The translations under genes and the position numbers were made by a program. The notes under the pieces were generated by a model. It saw only the letters and a list, made by a program, of their open reading frames with translations. It was not told the origin of the DNA and made no database searches. From a virus (lineage: Duplodnaviria; Caudoviricetes), in IMG/VR virus record IMGVR_UViG_3300032307_000533, positions 1 through 55,953 of that record: DNA of 55,953 nucleotides; one strand, given 5' to 3'. Positions 45,306 to 54,820 of this stretch are shown piece by piece (the first letter of the stretch is position 1; each line of letters opens with the position of its first letter).

Positions 45306-46277
45306 ATGGCAGAAACACTAAACCTAGTAAACCCCAACGACATATTTACATTCAAGTATGAAATTAGTCGTTTCCCTGATGGTCAACAATCGTTGAGATT
45401 GATTGAAGATGGGTACAATACATTCCAATCGCTTAGAGATTCTGATCAAGCGCATGGTATTACGCTTAAATCAAGATTGAATACCTTCAGCGATCTTGAA
45501 CTTATCATCTGTGCAACACAAGCATTGAAAGAGGTTGGTGTTAAAAACATTGAGCTTTACATACCATATTGTATTGGTGCTAGAAGTGATCGCAAGTTTA
45601 TGGAAGGTGGGATCAATTATGTTAAGACAGTAATCGCACCAATCATTAACTCGCAAGGTTACAGCAAAGTAACAATTCTTGATCCGCATTCGGACGTACT
45701 AGAAGCATGTATTAATAACTTCGAAAAAATAGATAACATCGATCTTGTTTCATTTGCTTTAGTAGATTACTTCTTATCAAAAGGCTTTGAAACTTGGAGT
45801 GCAGAGAATTTTGAAAATGTTCGATTCATCTCTCCTGATGCTGGTGCGTTAAAGAAAGTGTTTCATGTTGCTGAAGCGGTTAAATACAGAAACGAAGTTA
45901 TCATCGCATCTAAACATCGCAACCTTGAAACAGGTAAGATTGATTACACCAATGTACCTATGTCAGTGCATGATGCTGATAAGGATGTGTTTATCATTGA
46001 TGACATTTGTGATGGTGGTAGAACATTCATTGAGATAGCTAAGGCGGTTGATGAGGTTAGAAAACTATCAAGTTCAGTTAAACGTGAAAACTACGGTAAG
46101 AACTACCTGATTGTCACTCACGGTATCTTCAGCTTTGGTTTTGATTTCTTAGTACAACACTTTGATGGTATCTACTGTACCAATAGTGTTAAAGATATTC
46201 AAGATGGGACCATTGTAGACACGTTCTCAAGACACAAAACAATTCATTCATTAGTAAAACAACAAAACGTATTTTAA
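45306..46277 (+). CDS. Ribose-phosphate pyrophosphokinase-like protein (candidate ADPR-PP synthase)
   Basis: FPDGQ, IPY...ARSDR, DPHS, SPDAGA.KK, K.R...TGKI, IIDDICDGGRTF, VTHGIFS. Confidence 0.9.
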   Translation: MAETLNLVNPNDIFTFKYEISRFPDGQQSLRLIEDGYNTFQSLRDSDQAHGITLKSRLNTFSDLELIICATQALKEVGVKNIELYIPYCIGARSDRKFMEGGINYVKTVIAPIINSQGYSKVTILDPHSDVLEACINNFEKIDNIDLVSFALVDYFLSKGFETWSAENFENVRFISPDAGALKKVFHVAEAVKYRNEVIIASKHRNLETGKIDYTNVPMSVHDADKDVFIIDDICDGGRTFIEIAKAVDEVRKLSSSVKRENYGKNYLIVTHGIFSFGFDFLVQHFDGIYCTNSVKDIQDGTIVDTFSRHKTIHSLVKQQNVF

Positions 46278-46278
46278 T

Positions 46279-46386
46279 ATGGAAAATTTACACCCAGTAG
46301 CCCAAGTAGTGGGTATCATTGTAATCGGCATCTGCGTATGCATCGCGGTTTTAGCTATGTTCACCACCTATTTTGATAAAAGATAA
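46279..46386 (+). CDS. Small membrane peptide (35 aa)
   Basis: One TM helix. Confidence 0.45.
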   Translation: MENLHPVAQVVGIIVIGICVCIAVLAMFTTYFDKR

Positions 46387-46391
46387 TAAAT

Positions 46392-46802
46392 ATGACACTA
46401 GCAATCGTTTTAACCATCATCATTATTCATTGGATCGCAGATTTTGTTTTCCAAGCTGAAGAATGGGCAACCAACAAGAGTAAAAGTAATACGGCTCTTT
46501 ATAAACACGTACTAACCTACTCAACTTTTTGGTTGTTCGCCTCACCATTCCTATTAGGAACTTCAAGACCAGATGAGACCACTCAATGGTATGTTTATTC
46601 CTCTATTCTATTTTTCCTACTAACATTTTGCTGTCACTTTATCACTGATTACATCACCAGTCGAATCGTGGGACGTAAGTTTGCGAACCAAGAATATGGA
46701 AGTCCGATCCCCAACACAGGTGCCTTTACCGTAATCGGATTTGATCAAGTTTTACACTACGTTCAGTTATTTTTAACTTATTATTTGTTAATCCAAAAAT
46801 AA
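46392..46802 (+). CDS. DUF3307-like membrane protein
   Basis: HWIADFVFQ...A..K, H...Y, HFITD, IGFDQVLH. Confidence 0.75.
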   Translation: MTLAIVLTIIIIHWIADFVFQAEEWATNKSKSNTALYKHVLTYSTFWLFASPFLLGTSRPDETTQWYVYSSILFFLLTFCCHFITDYITSRIVGRKFANQEYGSPIPNTGAFTVIGFDQVLHYVQLFLTYYLLIQK

Positions 46803-46874
46803 ACAGTAAGTTTGTATTATAATGGTAGATATTTTAAAGATCCGTTAAATAAAAAAAAAATAAAAATCAATAAT

Positions 46875-48413
46875 ATGTTTAAACCAAATTCATTATTCTA
46901 CACAGATGGTTATAAGATTGGCCACAAGAAAATGTTAGCGTCTGGGACAACCCGTTTGTACGGTACTTGGATTCCACGCAGTGTTAAGTACGCGCCAAAA
47001 GGTGTAACTAAGATCGTATCATTCGGACAACAACTGGTTGTTAGGTGGTTGCATGATGAGTTCCAAGAGAACTTCTTTAGCTTACCTGAGCAAGTTGCTG
47101 TTGACTTCGGTAAAGACATGTCAATGTATCTTGGCATGGACTATGATGCGTCTCATTTTGTTGCACTTCACCGTTTAGGTTATTTACCAATCAGAGTTAA
47201 AGCTTTACCTGAAGGTATTGAGACAAATCCAAATGTACCTCACATGACATTCATCAACACTGTTGACGGATTCGCATGGTTGACACTGTACTTGGAGACA
47301 ATCATTAGTTCATTGGCTTGGAAACCATCAACATCAGCTACAACCGCATTACAATACAAACGTAATGTTGTTGAGTGGGTTATGAAAACGGATCCAGCTA
47401 ACGCTTTCTTGATCCCATTCCTTTGTCATGACTTCTCTGCTCGTGGATTGAGTCCATGGGATATGTTGTCAAGTGGCTTGGGTCACGCATCTTCTTTCTT
47501 GGGTTCTGATACAATCATCTGTATCCCAGGTTCACGTTACTATTACAATGAACCAGAAGATCAGGTTGCGATCTGTTCAGTGAACGCATCTGAACACTCA
47601 GTATCAACAACCAAAATCTTTACGGTTGGTGAGCAACAAATGATCGCTGATTGGTTGGTTGATTTCCCTAAAGGAATCTTATCAATCGTATCTGACACGT
47701 TTGACTTGTGGAAGCTGATCACAGAATACTTGCCAGCAAACAAAGAAACTATCATGGCTCGTGATGGTAAGTTGGTTATCCGCCCTGACTCAGGCGACCC
47801 AGTGGATATTATTTGTGGATTGAACTCAAACCCCCCAATTATGATAGATTCAGAATTATTGAAATCGAAAGATGTTCACAATGAACCTAAAGTAAAAGGA
47901 GTAATTGAATTACTTTGGGAAATCTTCGGTGGTACAATCAACGAACAAGGTTACAAAGTTCTTGACCCACACATCGGAGCAATCTACGGTGACTCAATTA
48001 CATTGGACCGCCAAATCCAAATCTACGAAAGATTGGAAGCGAAAGGTTTCGCAGCGACAAATATCGTATTGGGTGTTGGTTCATTCACTTACCAAATGAA
48101 CACCCGTGACACATTAGGTTTTGCCGCCAAAGGTGCTTGGTTTGAGGTTAAGGAACTCGTATCTGGTGATGAGAATAGTGAAGCTTATTACAAAAAGACA
48201 GGTTACGACATTTACAAAGACCCAATCACTGACGATGGAACAAAGAAATCATTAAAAGGTTTAATTTGTGTGACTGAAGACCATGAAGTACTTACACAAT
48301 GTACTTGGGAACAAGAGGCTCAAGGAATCTTACAAACAATCTATGAGGAAGGTCGATTCGATAACCAAACATCGTTAACAAAAGTACGTAATAAATTAAA
48401 TTCAATAAATTAA
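46875..48413 (+). CDS. Nicotinamide phosphoribosyltransferase-like protein (NAMPT/NadV; candidate Namat)
   Basis: TDGYK..H, HDFSARG, F.GSDT, ASEHSV, SIVSDTFD, VIRPDSGDP, IYGDSIT, RDT.GFA.K, KDP.TDDG.KKS.KG. Confidence 0.93.
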   Translation: MFKPNSLFYTDGYKIGHKKMLASGTTRLYGTWIPRSVKYAPKGVTKIVSFGQQLVVRWLHDEFQENFFSLPEQVAVDFGKDMSMYLGMDYDASHFVALHRLGYLPIRVKALPEGIETNPNVPHMTFINTVDGFAWLTLYLETIISSLAWKPSTSATTALQYKRNVVEWVMKTDPANAFLIPFLCHDFSARGLSPWDMLSSGLGHASSFLGSDTIICIPGSRYYYNEPEDQVAICSVNASEHSVSTTKIFTVGEQQMIADWLVDFPKGILSIVSDTFDLWKLITEYLPANKETIMARDGKLVIRPDSGDPVDIICGLNSNPPIMIDSELLKSKDVHNEPKVKGVIELLWEIFGGTINEQGYKVLDPHIGAIYGDSITLDRQIQIYERLEAKGFAATNIVLGVGSFTYQMNTRDTLGFAAKGAWFEVKELVSGDENSEAYYKKTGYDIYKDPITDDGTKKSLKGLICVTEDHEVLTQCTWEQEAQGILQTIYEEGRFDNQTSLTKVRNKLNSIN

Positions 48414-48414
48414 A

Positions 48415-48981
48415 ATGGCAAATATAGACCTACCAGCTCCAAAGGACAGAAACCTTTATCTAGCAAAACAAGTTGATCAAGACAGTATCAACTCAATCAC
48501 AAAATCAATCGTTGAAATTTGTGATAACGATGAGTATCTAACAAAGTTATATGCTTTGCATGATTTAACTTACGTACCAAAACCGATTAAACTTTACATC
48601 GATTCATACGGTGGATACGTTTATCAGTGCATGGGTCTGTTGGGTGTAATGAAGCAAGCTAAGACACCCGTACACACGATTGTAACTGGTTGTGCAATGA
48701 GTTGCGGATTCCTTATCTCGATCTCAGGCCAAAAACGTTTTGGTTACCCTAAATCCACATACTTGTACCACCAGGTTTCATCAGGTGTACATGGTAAAGC
48801 GAAGGATATTGAGGAAGAAGTTATTGAGGTTAGAAGACTTCAGAAGATGATTGAAGATATCACACTTGAAAGCACAAACATTAGTAAAAAGAAACTTAAA
48901 GAAGTTTACGATGGTAAAGTTGATTGGTTCATTGATTCAAAAGAAGCAAAAGAATTAGGCGTGATCGATCAAATATTGTAA
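48415..48981 (+). CDS. clpP: ClpP-family serine peptidase (copy 2)
   Basis: IDSYGG, GCAMSCG (Ser), YLYHQ (His), DWFIDSKEAKELGVID. Confidence 0.88.
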   Translation: MANIDLPAPKDRNLYLAKQVDQDSINSITKSIVEICDNDEYLTKLYALHDLTYVPKPIKLYIDSYGGYVYQCMGLLGVMKQAKTPVHTIVTGCAMSCGFLISISGQKRFGYPKSTYLYHQVSSGVHGKAKDIEEEVIEVRRLQKMIEDITLESTNISKKKLKEVYDGKVDWFIDSKEAKELGVIDQIL

Positions 48982-48982
48982 T

Positions 48983-49348
48983 ATGAAGGCGATAATCGCT
49001 GTAAATAATTTGGGGTTCATAGGCAAGGGTAACACTTTATTGTGGAAGAACAAGAAAGATCTACAACACTTTAAAGAGTTGACCCTTGACCAGGTCCTAT
49101 TGGTTGGTTACAACACCAACTCAGAACTACCACCATTACCAAACAGAACAGTAATGCTGGATGAGAAAAATAATATAAACCTCACACCTCATTGGTGTAT
49201 AGGTGGTAAAAAAACCTATGAAAAGTATGCCCCATACTTTACTGAGTTACACATCTCACATATAGATGATAACCAAATAGGTGACGTGGTCTTCCCCGAC
49301 CTATCAAATCTAAACCCAGAGTGTAAAATATTTAACTACCATTTCTAA
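48983..49348 (+). CDS. folA: Dihydrofolate reductase (compact)
   Basis: AIIAV...G.IG..N.L.W...DLQHFKELT, VG..T, PLPNR, IGG, GDV.FP. Confidence 0.85.
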   Translation: MKAIIAVNNLGFIGKGNTLLWKNKKDLQHFKELTLDQVLLVGYNTNSELPPLPNRTVMLDEKNNINLTPHWCIGGKKTYEKYAPYFTELHISHIDDNQIGDVVFPDLSNLNPECKIFNYHF

Positions 49349-49611
49349 TGACAATAAACGAACTATATGAGAAAGCTTTGGAGATCGAGTCTAAGTATAC
49401 ATCAGATTCTAATCTGAGTCTTTACATCAATAAAACCAGGTATCAAAATGGTATGATACGATACCAACTAAAGCATGAAGGTTCTGGTAAGATTGTCGAT
49501 ACTGGTTATGGTATAACTAACATTAGAGAACTACTAACTGTTTTTGATATGGGTATGGCTGCTAGATATAGGTTTAGAGATGCAGAGGGTGATAATTTAA
49601 CAATTGATTAA
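49348..49611 (+). CDS. Hypothetical protein
   Basis: 87-aa ORF, TAATG-coupled. Confidence 0.6.
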   Translation: MTINELYEKALEIESKYTSDSNLSLYINKTRYQNGMIRYQLKHEGSGKIVDTGYGITNIRELLTVFDMGMAARYRFRDAEGDNLTID

Positions 49612-49612
49612 T

Positions 49613-50554
49613 ATGCGAGTAGTAGTAACAGGTGGCGCGGGTTTTATCGGTTCCGCGTTTATAAACAGACTTATGGATAAGTTTCCCGATATCGATGTAC
49701 TGTGTGTGGATAAACTAACATACGCAGGTAAAAGAAAAAATATTAAACACGATGTATCGTTCTTGCAAAAAGATATCTGTGATGTAACACCAGAGGATCT
49801 TGGTAGTTACGATTACCTTGTACACTTTGCGGCCGAGTCACACGTAGACAACTCAATTGAGAACGGTAGACCTTTCGTTAGAACGAACGTTGAAGGTACG
49901 TTTAATATGATTGAGTGCGCAAGACAGAATCCGAAGTTAGATAAGTTCATCCACATATCAACTGATGAGGTCTATGGTGACATGGCTGATCACTATTCAC
50001 TCAACCACTCAGCTACTGAGTTGGAACAGATTAAACCGAGTTCATACTATTCAGCTACTAAAGCTGCTTCGGATATGTTAGTTCAGGGTGCACATAGAAC
50101 TTTTGGTTTGCCGTACCTAATAACCAGAACTTGTAATAACTTTGGTGAGCATCAGGACCCAGAAAAGTTCTTACCGAAGATATATCAGTGTGTTAAAAAT
50201 GGTGGTGAGGTTCCTGTCTATGGTGACGGTGGCCAGGTAAGAGAGTGGATTTACGTCTATGATAATGTTGAGGTTATCCTTGATTTAATGTTTGATGAAG
50301 AAGCCGTTAACACCGTCTATAACATCGGATCTGGTGTTCATTATAGAAACATAGACCTTGTTAATATGATATCGGAGATACTTGGTAAGGATGTTAACTT
50401 TAAATTCGTAGCTGATAGACTTGGTCACGATAGAGCTTATCGTTTGAATTGTACCAAACTTAAAAAATACTATAAAGACAATAATTTTGATATGAAATAC
50501 TACAATATTAAAGATTATTTGTTAAAATTGTATGGTAATGATTCGGGTAAATAA
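49613..50554 (+). CDS. rmlB: dTDP-glucose 4,6-dehydratase
   Basis: VTGGAGFIGS, DKLTYAG, HFAAESHVDNSI, ISTDEVYG, YSATK, EKFLP, VYGDG.QVREW, DRLGHDRAY. Confidence 0.95.
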   Translation: MRVVVTGGAGFIGSAFINRLMDKFPDIDVLCVDKLTYAGKRKNIKHDVSFLQKDICDVTPEDLGSYDYLVHFAAESHVDNSIENGRPFVRTNVEGTFNMIECARQNPKLDKFIHISTDEVYGDMADHYSLNHSATELEQIKPSSYYSATKAASDMLVQGAHRTFGLPYLITRTCNNFGEHQDPEKFLPKIYQCVKNGGEVPVYGDGGQVREWIYVYDNVEVILDLMFDEEAVNTVYNIGSGVHYRNIDLVNMISEILGKDVNFKFVADRLGHDRAYRLNCTKLKKYYKDNNFDMKYYNIKDYLLKLYGNDSGK

Positions 50555-51533
50555 ATACGAAATAATAGAAGATGGTGGTGTACAACGCCTTAAGGTTTGG
50601 TACACCTACTTGGGTAAAGAGCCGATGATCGGCGTACCTAAAATAACTGACGCTGTGTTTAGGACAATGGCCTATTCAGCTCAAAAAATAGCTCTTGAAC
50701 CTGGCTACAATTACTGGTGTGTTTTTAACGGTAACGCCCACGGTGTTGGTTCTAATATTGTCAGTAATTTCTCTATTGGCGTTATCTTTCAGTTATTAAC
50801 AGAGGATAGATCCAGAGTGGTATATGCTGAGGAGATACCTTTCGTTATAACGGATTATAAAAGACGATCTTTCGGTGGTAAAGACACATACGCCAAGCCG
50901 AACTTCTGGTTAATCGGCGCATCTATGACTGGTTATATGGTTAGAGATATGAAACCTGAAGCGTTTATCACAAGTAAGTATGTTATAACACCCGTATCCC
51001 ACTTAGCGTTATCACTTAATCGTTTCTTGAAATCCGACTATAAAAAATTCTTACAGTCAATACCCATAAAACCAAACGATACTATAGGTTTATTCCTTGG
51101 TGGTGTCGACTTGAATGTCTCCGTTGTTCGTAACGCGAAATTAAAAGGTATAACACCACAGCACTTACTCAACAAAATCCTATTCAAATATGTTGGTGTC
51201 ATAAAAGAGATAGAACAGTTATACCCAAAATGTAAAATTGTCATCATCCCAACAACCGCGACCATACCTGAGACGCATAACGTTTCAAACCCAACCTTCA
51301 TTGCTGGTTCACAAGAACTTAGAAGAGAATTATGTGACCAATATATTAACTTCTTTGAACAAGAAGTTAAATCAAAGAACATAGAATATTTTTGGGATTG
51401 CATGAATGTTTACTTAGACGGGAAAGGATATTGTAAAGAAGAATTCCTGATAAAGGATGATCACCACATTGGCGATGGTACAGTTTTCATCGAGAAACTT
51501 AAAAAGAAAATTGATGAAAATAATCTGTATTGA
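50538..51533 (+). CDS. Hypothetical protein with an SGNH-like C-terminal domain
   Basis: LIGAS, LGGVD, terminal DDHH (DxxH-like); the canonical GDS nucleophile motif is altered. Confidence 0.5.
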   Translation: MIRVNKYEIIEDGGVQRLKVWYTYLGKEPMIGVPKITDAVFRTMAYSAQKIALEPGYNYWCVFNGNAHGVGSNIVSNFSIGVIFQLLTEDRSRVVYAEEIPFVITDYKRRSFGGKDTYAKPNFWLIGASMTGYMVRDMKPEAFITSKYVITPVSHLALSLNRFLKSDYKKFLQSIPIKPNDTIGLFLGGVDLNVSVVRNAKLKGITPQHLLNKILFKYVGVIKEIEQLYPKCKIVIIPTTATIPETHNVSNPTFIAGSQELRRELCDQYINFFEQEVKSKNIEYFWDCMNVYLDGKGYCKEEFLIKDDHHIGDGTVFIEKLKKKIDENNLY

Positions 51534-51578
51534 TTTGCTAATCTAAAATAAATTAACTAATTTTATAAAAAAAGAAAA

Positions 51579-51755
51579 ATGGTAACAGAAAAAATTATCG
51601 ACAGTTTCGTTTATGAAACAATGGAAGGTCAGTTTATGGTAACCGATCCCACAGAATTCGACCAAGTAATCCCAGGTGGTCCTTGGCCAACAAAAGAAGA
51701 TGCTGAGAAAGCTCTGATAAACTTCATCGATGAAAACCAAATCACATTCGAGTAA
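51579..51755 (+). CDS. Small acidic protein (58 aa)
   Basis: MVTEKIIDSFVYETMEGQF...GPWPTKEDAEKAL...; A-rich leader; TAATG-coupled to the tyrosinase. Confidence 0.6.
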   Translation: MVTEKIIDSFVYETMEGQFMVTDPTEFDQVIPGGPWPTKEDAEKALINFIDENQITFE

Positions 51756-53188
51756 TGAATAAAAGAATTATCATATTAGTATCAGCAGCAGTACTGTTGG
51801 TTATCGGGTTGTTCCTTGTACTGAATAATAACGAACCGAAAAGATACGTCAGAAGCGAAGCTCATTCGATTGAGGCTCAGGACGATTTAGAGGCGATGGG
51901 TAAGGCGTTAAAGATCATGCGCAACTTACCATGCGATAACCCATTGAGTTGGTATTATCAAGGGGCGATGCACTGGATCCCAGATACAATTAACAACAAC
52001 CAGTTGTGTAGTTGGTATGGCAATGTGTCACAAATTAAAGATGGTTGGGATAATTGTACACATACACCAAGTGGTAAAGAGAAACTACATTTCTTAGTTT
52101 GGCATAGATTATACATCTGGCATTTTGAGAAGATCGTTAGAAAACTATCTGGTTATCAAGACTTTGCGTTACCTTATTGGGGTTACACTAACCAGGATAG
52201 TAAGTATAAAGTCCTACCAGATATCTTTAGAAATAGTAAATCATCGTTATATGAACCCTGCCGTTTTGACAGTTTGAATAACGGTTACCCTGTGTCTGGT
52301 GAGATCGAGAGATCATTGGACTTAACCAAACTATACGCATATAAAGACTATGCTTTGTTTAGTAATAATATAAACGCGGCACCTCACGGAGCGATGCACG
52401 ATTACATTGGTGCGGGTAATGATGTGACTGGTAATCTTAAGTTTAATAACACAATCACTGGTACAATATCTAACACAGGTTTGATGGGTTGGGTTCCGAC
52501 AGCAGCGTTCGATCCAATATTCTGGTTACACCACTCCAACATCGATAGGGTTTGGCAACAATGGACTAACTCACCTAACGGTAAGGCGGTCATGTTAGAA
52601 CAACTAAAGGATGCTCCATGGCAATACGTATTCTTCGATGAGAATGGTAAGCGTGTGGAGTACACAGTTGAAGAGGCTTTGGATATCGTATACGGTGAAA
52701 TGGATTATGATTTTGATGATACTAAGTTAACGCCAAAAACAAATCCTGTTATGTTACCCACGCAATATAAAACAGTTGTTGCTGAGAGTAATGAGAAGGT
52801 CGCTATTAATAGTCAGATAACAGATGCGGTAACTCAACTAAAGCACGGTGGTCAGATAAGCAACAAAGTTCTATTGACAATAACTGTTTCATATACTAAG
52901 ACTCCGAAGGGTTCTTATGAGGTGTACGTTAATAAACCAAGTAACATATCATTCCACCCTAGCAATAAACACTTCGCTGGTTACATGACGTTCTTTGGTT
53001 CAGACCATAAGATGCCAGGTAAGTCTTGCGAGAATGGTTGTTGCAGACCTTTAACAAAAACAGGTAGGCCAACATTCACATTCGAATACGAGATACCAGC
53101 CAATGAGTTCTACACAATAAAGGTGTATAAACACAGTGGTAAACACTCAGGTGATTTAATCATAGAAAACATTACAATAAAACAATAA
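51755..53188 (+). CDS. Tyrosinase/polyphenol oxidase (type-3 copper) with N-terminal membrane anchor
   Basis: CuA: GAMHW...CTH...HFLVWHRLYI..FE, ALPYW. CuB: PHGAMHDYIG...AAFDPIFWLHHSNIDRVW. C-terminal beta domain. Confidence 0.92.
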   Translation: MNKRIIILVSAAVLLVIGLFLVLNNNEPKRYVRSEAHSIEAQDDLEAMGKALKIMRNLPCDNPLSWYYQGAMHWIPDTINNNQLCSWYGNVSQIKDGWDNCTHTPSGKEKLHFLVWHRLYIWHFEKIVRKLSGYQDFALPYWGYTNQDSKYKVLPDIFRNSKSSLYEPCRFDSLNNGYPVSGEIERSLDLTKLYAYKDYALFSNNINAAPHGAMHDYIGAGNDVTGNLKFNNTITGTISNTGLMGWVPTAAFDPIFWLHHSNIDRVWQQWTNSPNGKAVMLEQLKDAPWQYVFFDENGKRVEYTVEEALDIVYGEMDYDFDDTKLTPKTNPVMLPTQYKTVVAESNEKVAINSQITDAVTQLKHGGQISNKVLLTITVSYTKTPKGSYEVYVNKPSNISFHPSNKHFAGYMTFFGSDHKMPGKSCENGCCRPLTKTGRPTFTFEYEIPANEFYTIKVYKHSGKHSGDLIIENITIKQ

Positions 53189-53189
53189 T

Positions 53190-53855
53190 ATGGAAAAAGC
53201 TACATTGATTTATAATCCATGCTTTGCTGATAATAGAGGGGTTTTCGCCCCTCTTCCTTTAGTATTTGGTGAAGATAAGATTGAGATCCTTAGAAAGGAT
53301 TGGGTACAAAGTAATATTAGTTACAACCCGAATAAGTTTACATTCCGCGGTATGCACCTACAAGAGGGACCACATGCACAAGCTAAATTGGTTAAGGTTG
53401 TAAACGGTTCTATCATAGATTTTGTAGTTGACTTAAGACCTAAATCACCTGACTATCTTAAGGTACAAGAATTTATTGTTACCTCTGGTTCAGAGGTGTA
53501 TGTACCTAGAGGTTTTGCACATGGATTTATCACAACCGAAGATAACACAGTTGTTCAGTATCTAGTTGACAATTACTATAATAGAGAGAGTGAGCGATCA
53601 ATTCTATGGAGTAGTTTCCCAGAAATCCGTAAAATTATTAAAGAACAACACGTAGACCCAATCATATCGGATAAAGACCTCAATGCTACACCTATCCACG
53701 ATTATCTATTGGAACCCAAATTAATTTTTGATACGGTTGAGTGGCAGGGAAGAGGTATTAACAATTTATATAATTCCAACTTTGCGGTTGTTTTAGCTGG
53801 TTCCCTTATGTTATTGGGGTTATTTTGTTTAGCTATTTTAAATTTTTTAAAATAA
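53190..53855 (+). CDS. rmlC: dTDP-4-dehydrorhamnose 3,5-epimerase with a C-terminal hydrophobic tail
   Basis: DNRG.F, VQSN.S, RGMHLQ, QAKLV, D.VVDLR..SP, VPRGFAHGF, Y.VDNYY, ISDKD. Confidence 0.92.
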   Translation: MEKATLIYNPCFADNRGVFAPLPLVFGEDKIEILRKDWVQSNISYNPNKFTFRGMHLQEGPHAQAKLVKVVNGSIIDFVVDLRPKSPDYLKVQEFIVTSGSEVYVPRGFAHGFITTEDNTVVQYLVDNYYNRESERSILWSSFPEIRKIIKEQHVDPIISDKDLNATPIHDYLLEPKLIFDTVEWQGRGINNLYNSNFAVVLAGSLMLLGLFCLAILNFLK

Positions 53856-53911
53856 AATTTGGTTGGTAATAAAATTATCATTAGATTTGTATCATAAATA
53901 AATAAAAAAAT

Positions 53912-54223
53912 ATGGAAATTTTAATTACATTAATTGGTGGTATCGGATTAGCAATGGTTTTGATACTATACAGCGCACTTTCTTGGGGATACGTAACTTA
54001 CGTGTTATATCATTGGTTTGTTTTAACAACCTTAACGGAGTTACCCCATTTCACAATAACCCAGTTTATCGGGTTCGCTCTATTCTTAAGAGCTCTTATG
54101 CCAAGTAGCCCTGACTATATTAAGGATGAGTACAAAGACAAGAGTACTATGTACATAATGAATTTCTTGGGCCCTTGGATTGTCTTGTTATTTAGTTGGG
54201 CTATTAAAGTAATTTTATTTTAG
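53912..54223 (+). CDS. Membrane protein
   Basis: Three hydrophobic segments; TAGATTTG promoter upstream. Confidence 0.7.
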   Translation: MEILITLIGGIGLAMVLILYSALSWGYVTYVLYHWFVLTTLTELPHFTITQFIGFALFLRALMPSSPDYIKDEYKDKSTMYIMNFLGPWIVLLFSWAIKVILF

Positions 54224-54225
54224 TC

Positions 54226-54633
54226 ATGAAGTTATTTGCAAAATTATTTGTTGATGATAAAAGAAACGTATTATCAATGGTATTATTTTTTATCCTAATG
54301 GTTGCAACCCTTGGTCTGGTTTGGATTGTTTTTTACGATGAATTTATCGAAAGAAAATACATGACTAATAGACGTAGGTTGATTAAAGCAATCAATAACG
54401 GAACCGTTAAAATTGTTCTAAAAGAAAACCCCGACCCAACTTATTTCTTTGACATTGAGATGTACGACATTAACCATGTCAGTGGTGATACCTATGATTT
54501 ATGGCTATGGACTAAATCCGATGGTACTATCAAAGCATGTGTTGGTGATTACATAGGTTTATTCACAGGCTCACTAACCGCACGATTACTAAATAATAAA
54601 TTAGTTAAAATAGTAAAAGAAAACGCAATTTAA
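54226..54633 (+). CDS. Membrane-anchored hypothetical protein
   Basis: One TM helix. Confidence 0.6.
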   Translation: MKLFAKLFVDDKRNVLSMVLFFILMVATLGLVWIVFYDEFIERKYMTNRRRLIKAINNGTVKIVLKENPDPTYFFDIEMYDINHVSGDTYDLWLWTKSDGTIKACVGDYIGLFTGSLTARLLNNKLVKIVKENAI

Positions 54634-54646
54634 TAAAATAGAAAAA

Positions 54647-54820
54647 ATGGCAGAATTAATTATTTTATGTAGCATCCCAAGCATATTCTTTATGTTGATT
54701 GCTGAGGTAAATGGTGGGGGTAAGAGTCGATGGTTCACTTACTTTTTCATTAAACTACCATCATTCATTGCTGCGGTATTAATCGTGGTTTATTTCCTAA
54801 AACAATTTAAATTTATATAA
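54647..54820 (+). CDS. Small two-TM protein (57 aa)
   Basis: MAELIILCSIPSIFFMLIA...; below ORF-track cutoff. Confidence 0.5.
   Translation: MAELIILCSIPSIFFMLIAEVNGGGKSRWFTYFFIKLPSFIAAVLIVVYFLKQFKFI

Noticed and set aside
51543-51740. 65-aa minus-strand ORF
   Set aside because: The plus-strand 58-aa ORF 51579-51755 has an A-rich leader and is coupled to the tyrosinase, so it fits better.
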